From Lytechinus pictus (taxonomy: Eukaryota): a stretch of 64,000 bases of DNA. The notes below the pieces were generated by a model. That model was not told where the DNA came from and ran no database searches. It worked only from the letters and a program-made list of their open reading frames with translations. The position numbers were made by a program, and so were the translations under genes. Below, one piece after another: positions 35,662 through 47,009 of the stretch. Every line of letters starts with the position of its first letter. Position 1 is the stretch's first letter. Location of the stretch: assembly GCF_037042905.1 (NCBI RefSeq), contig NC_087251.1, forward strand, positions 22,198,001 through 22,262,000. The letters are read 5' to 3'.

Positions 35662-36911
35662 AACAAGGCAAACGCCAAGCGTTGTCTCGCCTGCATATTG
35701 CAGTCATGAAGAGACTGCATGTCAAAACTATGCTATATGACTTAGAAGATGGACCTCTGTTACGAGTTTGGCGATCCCACCTCGAAGCTATAGAAAGTTA
35801 TTGTGTGTACAACACAGCACAGTGCCAGTCATGGAAAGTTCATTGACCTTTGATCTTATTCAAATTCAACTCATATTCGAACTTGACCTGTGCCTTCAGG
35901 AGATGGACCTCTGGTATGAATTTGGTGATCCCACCTCGAAGCTATAGAAAGTTATTGTGTGTACAACATAGCACAGTGCCAGTCATGGAAAGTTCATTGA
36001 CCTTATTCAAGTTCGGCTCACATTTGAACTTGACCCGCACCTTCAAGAGATGGACCTCTTGTATGAATTTGGCAATCTCACCTCGAAGCTATAGAAAGTT
36101 CATTGACCTTTGACCTTAATCAAATTCAACTCACATTCGAACTTGACCTGCACCTTCAAGAGATGGACCTCTGGTATGAATTTGGTGATCCCACCTCGAA
36201 GCTATAGAAAGATATTGTGTGTACAACACAGCACAGTGCCAGTCATGGAAAGTTCATTGACCTTTGACCTTATTCACATTCGACTCATATTCGAACTTGA
36301 CCTGTGCCTTCAGGAGATGGACCTCCGTTATGAATTTGGTGATCTCACCTTGAAGCTATAGAAAGTTATTGTGTGTACAACACAGCACAGTGCCAGTCAT
36401 AGAAAGTTCATTGACCTTTGACCTTACTCAAATTCAACTCACATTCGAACTTGACCTGCACCTTCAAGAGATGGACCTATGGTATGAATTTGGTGATCCC
36501 ACCTCGAAGCTATAGAAAGTTATTGTGTGTACAACACAGCACAGTGCCAGTCATGGAAAGTTCATTGACCTTTGACCTTATTCACATTCGACTCATATTC
36601 GAACTTGACCTGTGCCTTCAGGAGATGGACCTCTGGTATGAATTTGGCGATCTCACCTCGAAGCTATAGAAAGTTATTGTTTGTACAACACAGCACAGTG
36701 CCAGTCATGAAAAGTTCATTGACCTTTGACCTTATTAAAATTCGACTCATATTCGAACTTGACCTGTGCCTTCAGGAGATGGACCTCTGGTATGAATTTG
36801 GTGATCCCACTTCGAAGCTATAGAAAGTTATAGGGTGTACAACACAATTGTTGACGACGCCGACGCCGGAAATAGTGATACCTATGTCTCGCTCCGCTAC
36901 GCAGGCGAGAC
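35662..36911 (-). mobile_element. HINE/DINE-1-like element of a second subfamily, with ~7 x 154-bp internal tandem repeats
   Basis: SubTIR GTCTCGCCTGC at 35684; terminal hairpin GTCTCGCTCCGCTACGCAGGCGAGAC; GACGCC microsatellite; 154-bp period (repeated ORFs at 36110, 36418, 36572). Confidence 0.8.
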
Positions 36912-37440
36912 AATAAAACTGTGAGGGTTGGGATCACGGAAAGGAACTTAAGGTTAGCTTAAAGATAAGGTTTTGAGTTTGGCTTAATAGGCATATTTTT
37001 CATTGCAGCAATTCTGACTGGATCACATTATATAAAATCTTGATGCTTGACAATAGGAATGCTCTTCCATCAGCATTTAGATTGATTTAGTCTTTGCATG
37101 CTGATTTAATTCAGAGTGGATAACATTGATATATGTTCTTCTGACACTTTCACAGAATTCTGTTTTCCTCAGTGCACCAATGAATGCTTTGTTGAGAGGC
37201 ATTTTCTAGTATCTTCCTTATAAACAGATGTGAAGTGCCTATCTTGAGGAAACGAAAGAAGAAAAGACATTCAAAACAAATCTCATCTAAGTTATCAGTT
37301 GAGAGCTGTGAAAGATATCAGTTTACTATAGAAATCAAATTACTTGGTTCTCTGCAAGATAAACTGAAGTCACACAATCATCAAAGTTTAATTGAAGTGA
37401 CTTTTGATGAGCATGTCAGAATGAAATTGGAATACTTCAC

Positions 37441-37671
37441 CCTTTATGGTCTCTTCGACAACTTCCACCACCCTGTCGATTTGTTGCACACCAATGACAC
37501 TGACCCCTTGAATGTATTTAGCTCTTGGCTGGGCCTGAGGTACACAGCCAGCTAGAACCAGAGCTTTGCCCTGCTGCTGTGCTTTCTGGATTTCATTCCT
37601 GAAATGATCTTCAGCCGGGTTCTTCACTGTACAGCTGTTGAGCAGCCAGACATCAGCTCCAGTTGAATCAT
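37441..37671 (-). CDS. CDKAL1: CDKAL1 coding exon 3 ([24 protein letters not shown]...AGCVPQAQP...VEETIK)
   Basis: taacag| acceptor and G|gtgaag donor; 231 nt. Confidence 0.96.
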
Positions 37672-37714
37672 CTGTTAATTGGTGTAAGAAAAGAAGCATC
37701 CATTTGCAGGCATT

Positions 37715-37918
37715 ATCTACACTATTATCATCACTATCATCATTGCAACCACATCATCATCATCATCATAATCATCATCACCACCACCACCACCACCACC
37801 ACCATCATCGTGCCACCGTCACCATAACCGTGCCACAATCACCACCATCCTTATCTGCCATTGTCATCATCACCATTATCATCATAAATATCATCAACAT
37901 CATCCACACCATAATCAT
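37715..37918. repeat. (CAT/CAC)n trinucleotide low-complexity tract
   Basis: Runs of CATCAT/CACCAC; the source of the spurious poly-His ORF. Confidence 0.9.
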
Positions 37919-38056
37919 GGTTTGTTTTTTTTTGTCTTTTGACATTTTTTCCCAAAGTATAAAATGTGAAATTCAAAATCAAACCACAATAGATTCTTTA
38001 TTTTACTCTTCTATTGAGATGTGAAATGGTCTGATTGTGATATACCTGGGACTTAC

Positions 38057-38169
38057 CAGTAATTGAATACCCATAGTTTGCAAGCTGACCTGCCATATAC
38101 TCTCCATCAGAGCTATTGTGTGAGCAACCCCATGTCTTCACAAAGATTTTTTGGGTTCCTGGAATAATG
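38057..38169 (-). CDS. CDKAL1: CDKAL1 coding exon 2 ([38 protein letters not shown])
   Basis: tttcag| acceptor and G|gtaagt donor; 113 nt; TWGCSHN motif. Confidence 0.97.
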
Positions 38170-38457
38170 CTGAAACAAATTAACAGGAACAATAGAATAC
38201 ACATAGAAATAGAATACAAATTCTCCAATGTAAAATAAATTAGAGTTCATGTATTGTAAAGTGTGTAGTCAGTATTTTCCATGTCAAAATATTTAGTACA
38301 TTAAATTGAGGTATGAAGATGTAAACTACGTATAGCCATACCTGAAAGAAAATATAAGTTTTCAAGGCCAATAAACATTTTTTGTACAGGTATGAGCATT
38401 TTTATATAAACTGCACAAGTAGGCAAGAGCTCTCATGAAATTTGAATTTGTGATATA

Positions 38458-39277
38458 CAGTGCTTCCCAGAAAAAACGAAACCGAGATTTAGCTATGATT
38501 TATCATAACTTAATCACAAATATAATAGACAAATGACCTACCAATGTAAAGCTTAGAATCTCCTCTTTCATCTGATATTACTTAGATTATTCCTCATTCA
38601 CGCATGAGGGAGCAAAAACAATTTGAAGAAAGGATACCAAAAACTCATTTGGCGGGGGGTATCTGAATTTTAAAAAGAAAATCACATGCTCAAAAAGTTC
38701 AATATCTGCTCTTTAATTTGATACCTTAATCACAAAAAATGGTCAAGAAGTAAAAAAGTTACGTTCCCTCGAAACAATGCTTGTATTTCCATAATTTCAT
38801 TAAATAAACGTTTTTTCACCGGTTTCCCACAGAAGCTGTCGCATGGTTAACAAAAGACTTCATGCATGGCTGATCGTCAACAAAACGGAGTGTCGAGTGA
38901 GTTTGAACGCTAGCCTGTAAAACCTCTTAATTTTATGAAATTATTGAAATTCAAGCCTTATTTCAAATAACCAGAACTTTCTTATTTCTTGACCATTTTC
39001 TGTAATTGAGGTATCAAATTAAAGAGCAGATATTGAACTTTTTAGAAATGTGGTTTTCTTTTTGAAACCCAGATACAGCCTGCCAAATGACTTTTTGGTA
39101 TTCCCTCTTCAAATTGTTTTTGCTCACTCATGCGTGAATGAGAAGTAATCTAAGTAATTTCAGATGAAAGAGGAGATTCTAAGCTTTACAATGGTAGGTC
39201 ATTTGTCTATTGTATTTGTGATTAAGTTATGATAAATCATCAATAAATCTCCGTTTCGTTTTTTGTGGGACGCACTG
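38458..39277. mobile_element. Tc1/mariner-like MITE with long TIRs and TA TSD
   Basis: TA|CAGTGC.TCCCA...TGGGACGCACTG|TA; inverted arms of roughly 290 bp. Confidence 0.85.
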
Positions 39278-40020
39278 TATATTGCAACTACAAACAGGAT
39301 TATTTTTATCAAACCTTTTGCTCCGAATTAAGGTCTTTCTTTGTTTCAGGTTTTTCAAAGCTGTACAAATCTTATGTTAAAAAGAGTTGCTAGACCCTAA
39401 GGCTCTGTTTGACTTTTTCCCAACTCTACTGTTTAAATGAGAGGTACTGAACATGTAAGTAGCAGAAAACAAGGAGTTTGGAAATTGTTTAATGGGGATC
39501 AACTTTTATTAATTTTACGCTGGTGATAATGGAATATACCCAAATGTAAAGCCCTAAAATAACTTTGTACTGTACACTGAAGTTTACATTATTTACGTGA
39601 AATGATTAAATGTCAGACAGAATAATTTTTTTTTTTATTTTGAGGGGCCTTGCCCTTTCTTAAATGGATATGCTCCAAAATTAAAAAAAAATTGTTCTCT
39701 CTGAGAGTTATTAATTTCAGATTTTCAGTGAAACTTATACACACCTATGGGTTGAAACTTACTTGTACTCATCAAACAAGGATCCCCAAAATCTAACTTA
39801 AGCATGCATATCGTAAAGAACTTGTGATTTTGGTAACTTTGGTATTGGCTACCATGGTAACAGGACCTAGCAGCCAATAAGAATCAAGTTATCCATTAGA
39901 ATTTCATAATGGCAACGTTTTAGGGTTTTTTAATGAAACGGGCCCCCATGCTGTAACAAAGGGCACACACACTCCAACCAAACTTGAGACTCAATTTAAA
40001 TTAAGAAAATTTGGCAATAC

Positions 40021-40184
40021 CTGTCTGCTCTGATATCTTCCTCTTTTTTCCTTCTGTCTTTCTTTCTATTCATCACTTTGGGCATTACATCCTGTTTGTT
40101 TGCAAATCTTTCCTTTGGTGTGACATCTCCAGCTGATATGATGTCTTCAATATCATCAATCCCAACTTCACAAGCAGATGGCAT
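40021..40184 (-). CDS. CDKAL1: CDKAL1 first coding exon (MPSACEVGIDDIEDIIS...VMPKV...EDIRAD)
   Basis: ATG at 40184 just after acceptor cctag| (40192-40193); AG|gtatt donor; MPSxC..DDIEDI N-terminus as in vertebrate CDKAL1. Confidence 0.93.
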
Positions 40185-41618
40185 CTTGATTCTAGGAAAG
40201 CAAAGACAGATGATTATTTATGCTAGGAATATTCATTCTTCAACAACTTCCTATTAAATATCATTCAGGCCTGTGGATATGCGGGGGTGGGTGGTAGTGC
40301 TGGGCAATAATTTGATAATTATGCAATAATTAAAAATTATATATTGAATATTCAATAATGGTTTAATGATTATGTTGATATATATCACGGTAACACAATA
40401 TGACCAAAATACTGCTGATTATGAAAAGTTACTGGTAATCAATATTTATTAACCAAAATGCTGTTTTGTATTGCTTTAAACCAACTCAGAACTTTGTATG
40501 TCGGAACCCAAATGACCGCTTTTCATGGATAAGCACCAACGTAAGCAGCCTTACTTTCATTTTCCCCTTCCCTGCTCTCAAGGAATTACAGCTCATAAAG
40601 AACATATAGAGTCTATCCAACAAAATTTTCAGACTCTTGTGATAATGTCACAAACAAAATTATGCCATTGAAAATTAAACATTAAAAAACTCTGACAAAA
40701 AAAATGCCAGAGATTTATATGGCAAAATTTTTATGCAACGGTCCCCAGGATCAGTACATTTTAGTTACACTTACTGATGTCAAAATTTCATTTTGGGTTA
40801 GATCTAGATCCAACAGTTACTTCACTTTAGAAAATTAATACATGCAACATAGAAAGATATTCAGTAAAAAATCCAACTGGTGGAAAATAATGAATTTTTG
40901 GCATTTCATGTGAAGACCTCAAAATGCAGTCTTTCTCATCAAAATCCCTGAATTGTGTGTAAAAAGAATGGGTGCCAAGACATGGGGCACCATCTTCATG
41001 ATCTTTTTGTTATCTGCAAATGACTGGCCAAGGTTTTTTCCAGAAAATACTATATTTCTCTCTAACTTTTATGAGACTTTTCAGGCCCTGGGAACGACTG
41101 GGGGTGTTGATGTAAATTTGAGAAGCAAAAAAAAAAAAGTTTCACTAATTTTTCACTACAAAATGAAGGTTATTTCTGTCCCGAGAAATTAGATAGGTAA
41201 AAAAAGGTTTTCAAAATATTTGGTCCTTTTGCTTACATTTCTCAATTTTTAAACACCTACCAGAAAGCATGGCAGTGCAGCACCCCGCCTTCCAGGGCCA
41301 TAGAAACTTTTTGGCATAGATCTACTTACTTATAATTGAATATATTTTGTGAAATAAAAAAAATCATGATGAGAGTCTAGATTTAAGTCTAATTAAAACA
41401 ACTTTTAGAATGTAACGCAACTTCCAACTTGATTGTCCACTGTTAAAATTAGACAAGTGCTAAATAATAATTAGATCTATAATATAACTAGACCAAAAGC
41501 ATGAAAAGCATCGGTCTCTGTTTCTGTTATATTGGTTGTTCCGCTGACTTCTGTTGGCTCCACTCACCAATTAAAGAGACCGAAGTTCTAACTCAATGGC
41601 CATATGTTTATGTATTAA

Positions 41619-42013
41619 AGAGAAATTCCACTAGTTGCAGTAAACACTGATTTCATGAGAAAGTCTGTAAAACCAGGCTTAATTGTCAGTATATCATCGA
41701 GGATCTAGATCTGGTACAGTTACATAAACTGAACTTTGTGAAATCTTGAAATCTACGCTGAAAAATGTTCAGACTGAACTTCCCCAACACAGATAAGCGC
41801 ACGTGGGACAGTGTATAATTATTGCTTTGAGCGTCGGGCCCGACACTCTACCCGAATCCTGTGCTTATTTGCTGATTTCTCAGCAATTACACAATTTCTT
41901 CCAGAATCCTTTGGCACATGCGTTTTATTTATACAAACAGACACTTTGGTGGTCATTTCATTGGATTCTGTACGAACTCATTTTGAAATCGTTACCAAAA
42001 CTAGCATTTACCT
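41619..42013. mobile_element. Kolobok-like MITE (TTAA TSD), second family, copy 2
   Basis: TTAA at 41615-41618 and 42014-42017; homologous to 35109-35494. Confidence 0.8.
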
Positions 42014-43244
42014 TTAAGTTTGGATAAACGTTTGGATAAACCAGGGAACTGGGAGTTGCGCGACAGCCAAAGTAAGTCACTGTTTTTTTTCCTTTTATTT
42101 TTCCCCCGTTTTGGTGCATTTCAGGCCTAAACGGAATAGAGTAATCTTTATTTTGGTCCAGTTCTTTTTATATATTTTTTAAATCAAATTAAGACAGTCG
42201 GGGGGATTTTGCATTTGTTAACCCCGGAATGGTAATTTTAAGGTAAGATTCGTGATATTTGTCGGCCAATGCAAGTATTTTTTTCATCTAAGTTAGCACT
42301 GCTCATGATATTGTCGCGTCTTGTTGTAGCTGGGCTACGATAACAAAGACGGCAAGATGGCTTTGGGCTCAAAACCCTAAAGAAAACAAGTATTTTGGAG
42401 CAACATTATTGTTGCCAAAATACTCTGTGCATGTAGAACAATCGCATCTCGTACCTGGCTCTGTGGAGATTAAGCACGTCAGTGATATGACATTAATCTC
42501 CAGGAGCCTCCTCCTGGTTATGCCAGCTGTCTTGGTCTAACTTTACTGCAGCCCAAACACAGTACTTAGCCTAAATAACAGTTAGAGTTAGACATCTAAC
42601 TTGTTACTAAGTATATTTTACTAACGTTAAATACCGGTAGTTGAGCCGAATGAGAATCCCAGAGGCTAATGTCTATCAATATCTGGATGTAATACAGTGC
42701 AGGACCGTTAGGTAAAATGCACCGGGTTAGGAGAGGGCACAAATGAGTTTAGTTGAAACGAAGGTGGCTTACTTCGATCTTGGCTTTAAACACCTCTGGT
42801 GATCCTAGTACTGCTGACAACTTCGTTAGGGAGTTGATTCCCGGCCAACGTTGCATTCACAAAAAGAGAGTTTTTGAACTGCTTTGTGTTACTATGTCTT
42901 CATTGAGTTATTTGTTACTTGTCTTTCTACCATATTTGTTGCATCAAAGTTTACAAATTTCTTAGCTTTGATATTACATTTACTGATTTAGGTCTTGCTT
43001 TAATTAGAAATTTATCAACAGGAAGGGCAGAAACCAACCCCTTGACCACTTTGAAGTAGGATGGAAGTTTCAGGACTTGGCGTCTTGAGCAGTTGAGGCA
43101 AGAGTAGGCAGGTTGAGATTGATAGAAATGCATGCAAATGGAGAAAAACCAAATGAGGGAGTCTCACTCTCACGAGTCTCATGAGTCAAAAAAAAAAAAA
43201 ATGACTGTCTTCGAGAGTTGGCAGCCCTACCTGGCTAAAATTAA

Positions 43245-44006
43245 CCCAGGACTCGTCCGTGTAACATTAGGCAGAGGGCACTCTCCAAAATGGGGTAGAA
43301 TGGGGTCGCAATAGCACCCAAAAAAAAACAAGGGGAACAAATAAATCATGCACTTACCTCAATTATAATATGGATGAAGGTCTATCATGACACAAAATCT
43401 TGACATTGAGGCACAAACTGGACCCTCAAAAAAAGAGGAAAAGTTCTGTCTCTTCGTTCTCCTTCTTTCATGCAGGCTCGCACTAACACACTACCGTCGG
43501 TGAATGGGGATGATCGTAAAATATCAGAAATTGTTGAATAAATCCCCAGAAACGACGGTTATTCCTGTCTAGGAAAGAAGTAAAACTTTGTGTAAAGTAA
43601 GAATATTAATTTTAATTGTTTTTAAAGATCGTGATGTTGCATAAATTTTATATTTTCCTCCCATAAAATCCCACCTTTGTCACTCGGAGTATCAGATCGA
43701 GTTTACGGCCTCGAATTTCGGATAGGTGGAGCGTAGTGTAGTGGTTGTGAAGTGGAGTCTGCACGAACTTCGCTCGAGGTAGATAGATCGATACCGTCAC
43801 CGAGAACGCGACATGGACTCTAACTTTTCCTTTTATTTTTGAGGGTTCAGTTTGTGCCTCTATGTCAGGATTTTGTGTCAAGATAGACCTGAGGTAAGTA
43901 CATAATTAATTTTTTCACCTTCTATTTGGAGTGCTATTGCGACCCCATTCTAACCCATTTTGGAGAATACCCATGTCTGCCTCGTATTACACGGACGAGT
44001 CCCGGG
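43245..44006. mobile_element. Long-TIR (~200 bp arms) MITE, possibly piggyBac-like
   Basis: CCCAGGACTCGTCCGTGTAA...ATGGGGTCGCAATAGCAC...GAGGCACAAACTG is inverted at 43820-44006; TTAA on the left side only. Confidence 0.65.
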
Positions 44007-45111
44007 CTCCGCGGGCCGTAACCCAGGGAGCTCCCTGGGTTAGGTACCATGCTTACGGTACCGTTGCCCCGGGGACCTCGACACAACGTCTTTAAATAAA
44101 GCTAAATAAATGACAGTAGTTGCAGTAAAATACTGATTTTGTGAGAAAGTCTGTAAAACCAAGGTTCAGTATTACTATATCATCGTGGATCTAGATCTGG
44201 TACAGTTACATAAACTGAACTTTGTGAAATCATAATATCTAAGCTAAACAAGTGGAACGCCTCTGGCAGTCTCGCCTGCATTACGCGATTTAATATAGCA
44301 GCAGTGCTAACTTTGAAAACTACTATAAAATAATCATTCACAAAAACACCATTCATATAATGACATAATACCACATTCATTGACCATAGATGACATTTGA
44401 ACGGTGACTTAAGACTTGTCAACTACACCCATGTCCACATTTCATTCACTCTATCCATAAACTTTCAAAGTTAATGATTGGCAATTCAACAATTACCCCA
44501 ACATGGCCTAAGTTTATTGACCTTAACTGACCTTTGACCTTGGTTTTGTGACCTGAAACTCACAGGGGATGTTCAGTGATACTTGATTAATCTTATATCC
44601 CAAGTTTTATGAAATAGATCCATAAACTTCATAGTTAGGATGGTAATTCAACAAATACCCCCAACACGGCCAAAGTTCATTGACCTTAACTGACCTTTGA
44701 CCATGGTCATGTGACCTGAAACTCGTACAGGATGTTCAGTGATACTCGATTACTCTTATGTCCAAGTTTTATGAACTAGATCCATAAACCTTCAGAGTTA
44801 GGATGGTAATTTAACAAAGACCCCCAACACAGCCAAAGTTCATTCACCTTAAATGACCATTGACCATGGTCATGTGACCTGAAACTTGCACAGGATATTC
44901 AGTGGTACTTGATTAACCTAATGTCCAAGTTTCATGGACTAGGTCCATATACTTTTTCTAAGTTATGATGTCATTTCAAAAACTTAACCTTCGGTTAAGA
45001 ATAGATTTTGAAAATAATTCTCCCAACATACATGGTCTAAGTTCATTGACCCTAAATGACCTTTGACCTTAGTCATGTGACCTGAAACTCAGGCAGGATG
45101 TTTAGTAATAG

Positions 45112-45351
45112 TAGGATGGGGGGTCGGGTGTCCGGACACTTTAATATTTTGAAGCCTTCTTTTTTGTATTTGGATTACACTAAAAATATGAATTCAATAC
45201 TTGTAATCATCTTCTATTTTGTTCTTTATAATATTTCCTAACATTTTGTACTAAAAATTTATGAAACTTCGCTTGTAAATTTTTCCAAATGACTTTCTAA
45301 AATTGATCGTCCGGACACACAACCTGTCCGGACACACAACAACTGGGTATA
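45112..45351. repeat. ~240-bp interspersed repeat copy 2, inserted in HINE B
   Basis: Highly similar to 15057-15297; interrupts the HINE core unit. Confidence 0.8.
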
Positions 45352-45523
45352 CTTCATACCTTATGTCCAAGTTTCATGAACTAGGTCCATATACTTTCTA
45401 AGTTATGATATCATTTCAAAAACTTAACCTTAGTTAGGTTAAGATTTGATGTTGACGCCGCCGTCGGAAAAGCGGCGCCTATAACTCATTATAAGGCTAT
45501 AGTCTCGCTCTGCTATGGCTATG

Positions 45524-46408
45524 CCACTCCTAGTAACAATGAGGTCCAAACATTACATGTATGGACCTCATAGGCGACATCACTAGTATTTTTGGTTAGA
45601 AATCTCTGAGAACAGGATATTTCTATATTATATCACAAGTACAAGCTATATTCCTTTCTCTTATTTAAATTATAATTTTATAGTGTAAATGCATCGTTAG
45701 CAACAACAAAAAATGAAAGAAATGAAGGGGAACTTACATTTTCACGGCTTTTTCCTGATTTTCTGGGCAGTTGCTCTTCACTTCTGACTCGCGATCGAAG
45801 CTGATATGAAGATCACGTGATTCGCGTTCTCGTCAGCTGATCGGTTGATTATTCTTTTTGTCAGACGTTAATAATATATATTTTATAATGCTAGCATTCA
45901 TCGCTAATTTAGGTGAAAGAGATTGAAGTTAAACAGGGCCAGGTCGGAATCATAATTATTTTGGAAGAGTGTATTTATACACTCGATCTCATACCTGACG
46001 TAGACGGTACTATTCAACAAATGCACAATCTTCAATATAAAAAATAAAACAGAAAGAACGCCTTGAACACAGGCCAAAATGCCTAACGATTTCTCCGCGG
46101 CATTAACAACTATCGTAAAGGGCGCTCCATTTATTAATAAAGATGGACGTATAGCCGTCTATGGCGACAAAATTTGCCGCAAATATTTACGAAGAATTGT
46201 GAGAAATGGTCTGAAAATGCAACAAAAGAACCGGTGAGTACCGATTAAACATTATCAATTTATTTAATAGAACATACCGTATTTTATGACTAGAGTTTAA
46301 CAATTTCTAGATAATATTGCTTAGTTCTAAGCTAGGGCGGCCCAAATGCGCGTGAGTGGAGTCCCAGTTTATTAACGCGGGTAAGTATTGGGGTGTCGCC
46401 TAGAGTGG
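45524..46408. mobile_element. 885-bp TIR element with 6-bp TSD inserted in the HINE B terminal hairpin
   Basis: Termini CCACTC..TAGGCGACA / TGTCGCCTAGAGTGG; GCTATG at 45518-45523 and 46409-46414. Confidence 0.7.
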
Positions 46409-47009
46409 GCTATGCAGGCGAGACAAAAACGTTCACACTGAATATCACCAACACAGATAGGCACACATGGGACAGTGTATTATTATTGCTGGAATAAAGA
46501 CCCGACGCCGACGGAAGTGACAGAATCCGCGCATATTTCTCAGCAATTAATTACACAATTTCTTCCAGAATCCTTTGGCACATATTTTTTATTCATACAA
46601 ACAGACACTTTGGTGATCATTATATTAAGGTAATCCTGGGTTTTAGGGGCGTAAAATATCTGTATACATTACCGGCCTCTAACTTCAGCAAATCATCCCA
46701 GCATAGTATGGACGGCTAAAAGGGCAAATATTCAAATATGATTGAGCTGTTTTCATCATTTTTGTCTCGCATGTTATAGCTGGATCTTTTCTTGAAACTT
46801 TGGCATTAGGGCAATCAAGTTTCACTGACCGAGTAGAAGGTCACATGATCAAGGTCAAAGGTCATTTAGGGTGAAAATTTTAACAAATAATTGTATTTTC
46901 CCCAAGAAATTTCAATGTAAGGGTAATTGAGTTTTACTTTTTAATATCAACTTATTGCTGGTCACCTGAACAAGGTCAAAGGTCATCTTAATTCGAGGGG
47001 ATTTGGCTT

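Larger units (their letters stand above)
20867..40184 (-). other. CDKAL1: CDKAL1 gene span (12 coding exons, 1665 nt, ~554 aa): threonylcarbamoyladenosine tRNA methylthiotransferase
   Basis: Hand-assembled exons with GT-AG junctions and consistent phases; UPF0004/MTTase N-domain (TWGCSHN, NSCTVK, AGCVPQ), radical-SAM CxxxCxxC, TRAM-like domain and C-terminal hydrophobic anchor. Confidence 0.97.
44247..46424 (-). mobile_element. HINE/DINE-1-like element B with two nested insertions
   Basis: AACAAGTGGAACGCCTCTGGCAGTCTCGCCTGCA start; GACCTTTGACC core repeats; GACGCCGCCGTCGGAAAAGCGGCG; terminal GCAGGCGAGAC; inserted in an A-run of the host MITE. Confidence 0.8.

Noticed and set aside
35850..36823. 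Repeated ~83-aa ORFs, or a CRISPR-like array
   Set aside because: Translations of a 154-bp tandem core of a HINE; no unique spacers and no cas genes; eukaryotic context
37638..38024. Poly-histidine ORF
   Set aside because: (CAT/CAC)n microsatellite in a CDKAL1 intron, antisense to the gene
46160..46240. First exon of a divergent + strand gene (ATGGCG... and GTGAGT donor)
   Set aside because: The ATG frame closes after 13 codons and the segment is inside a TSD-flanked TIR element
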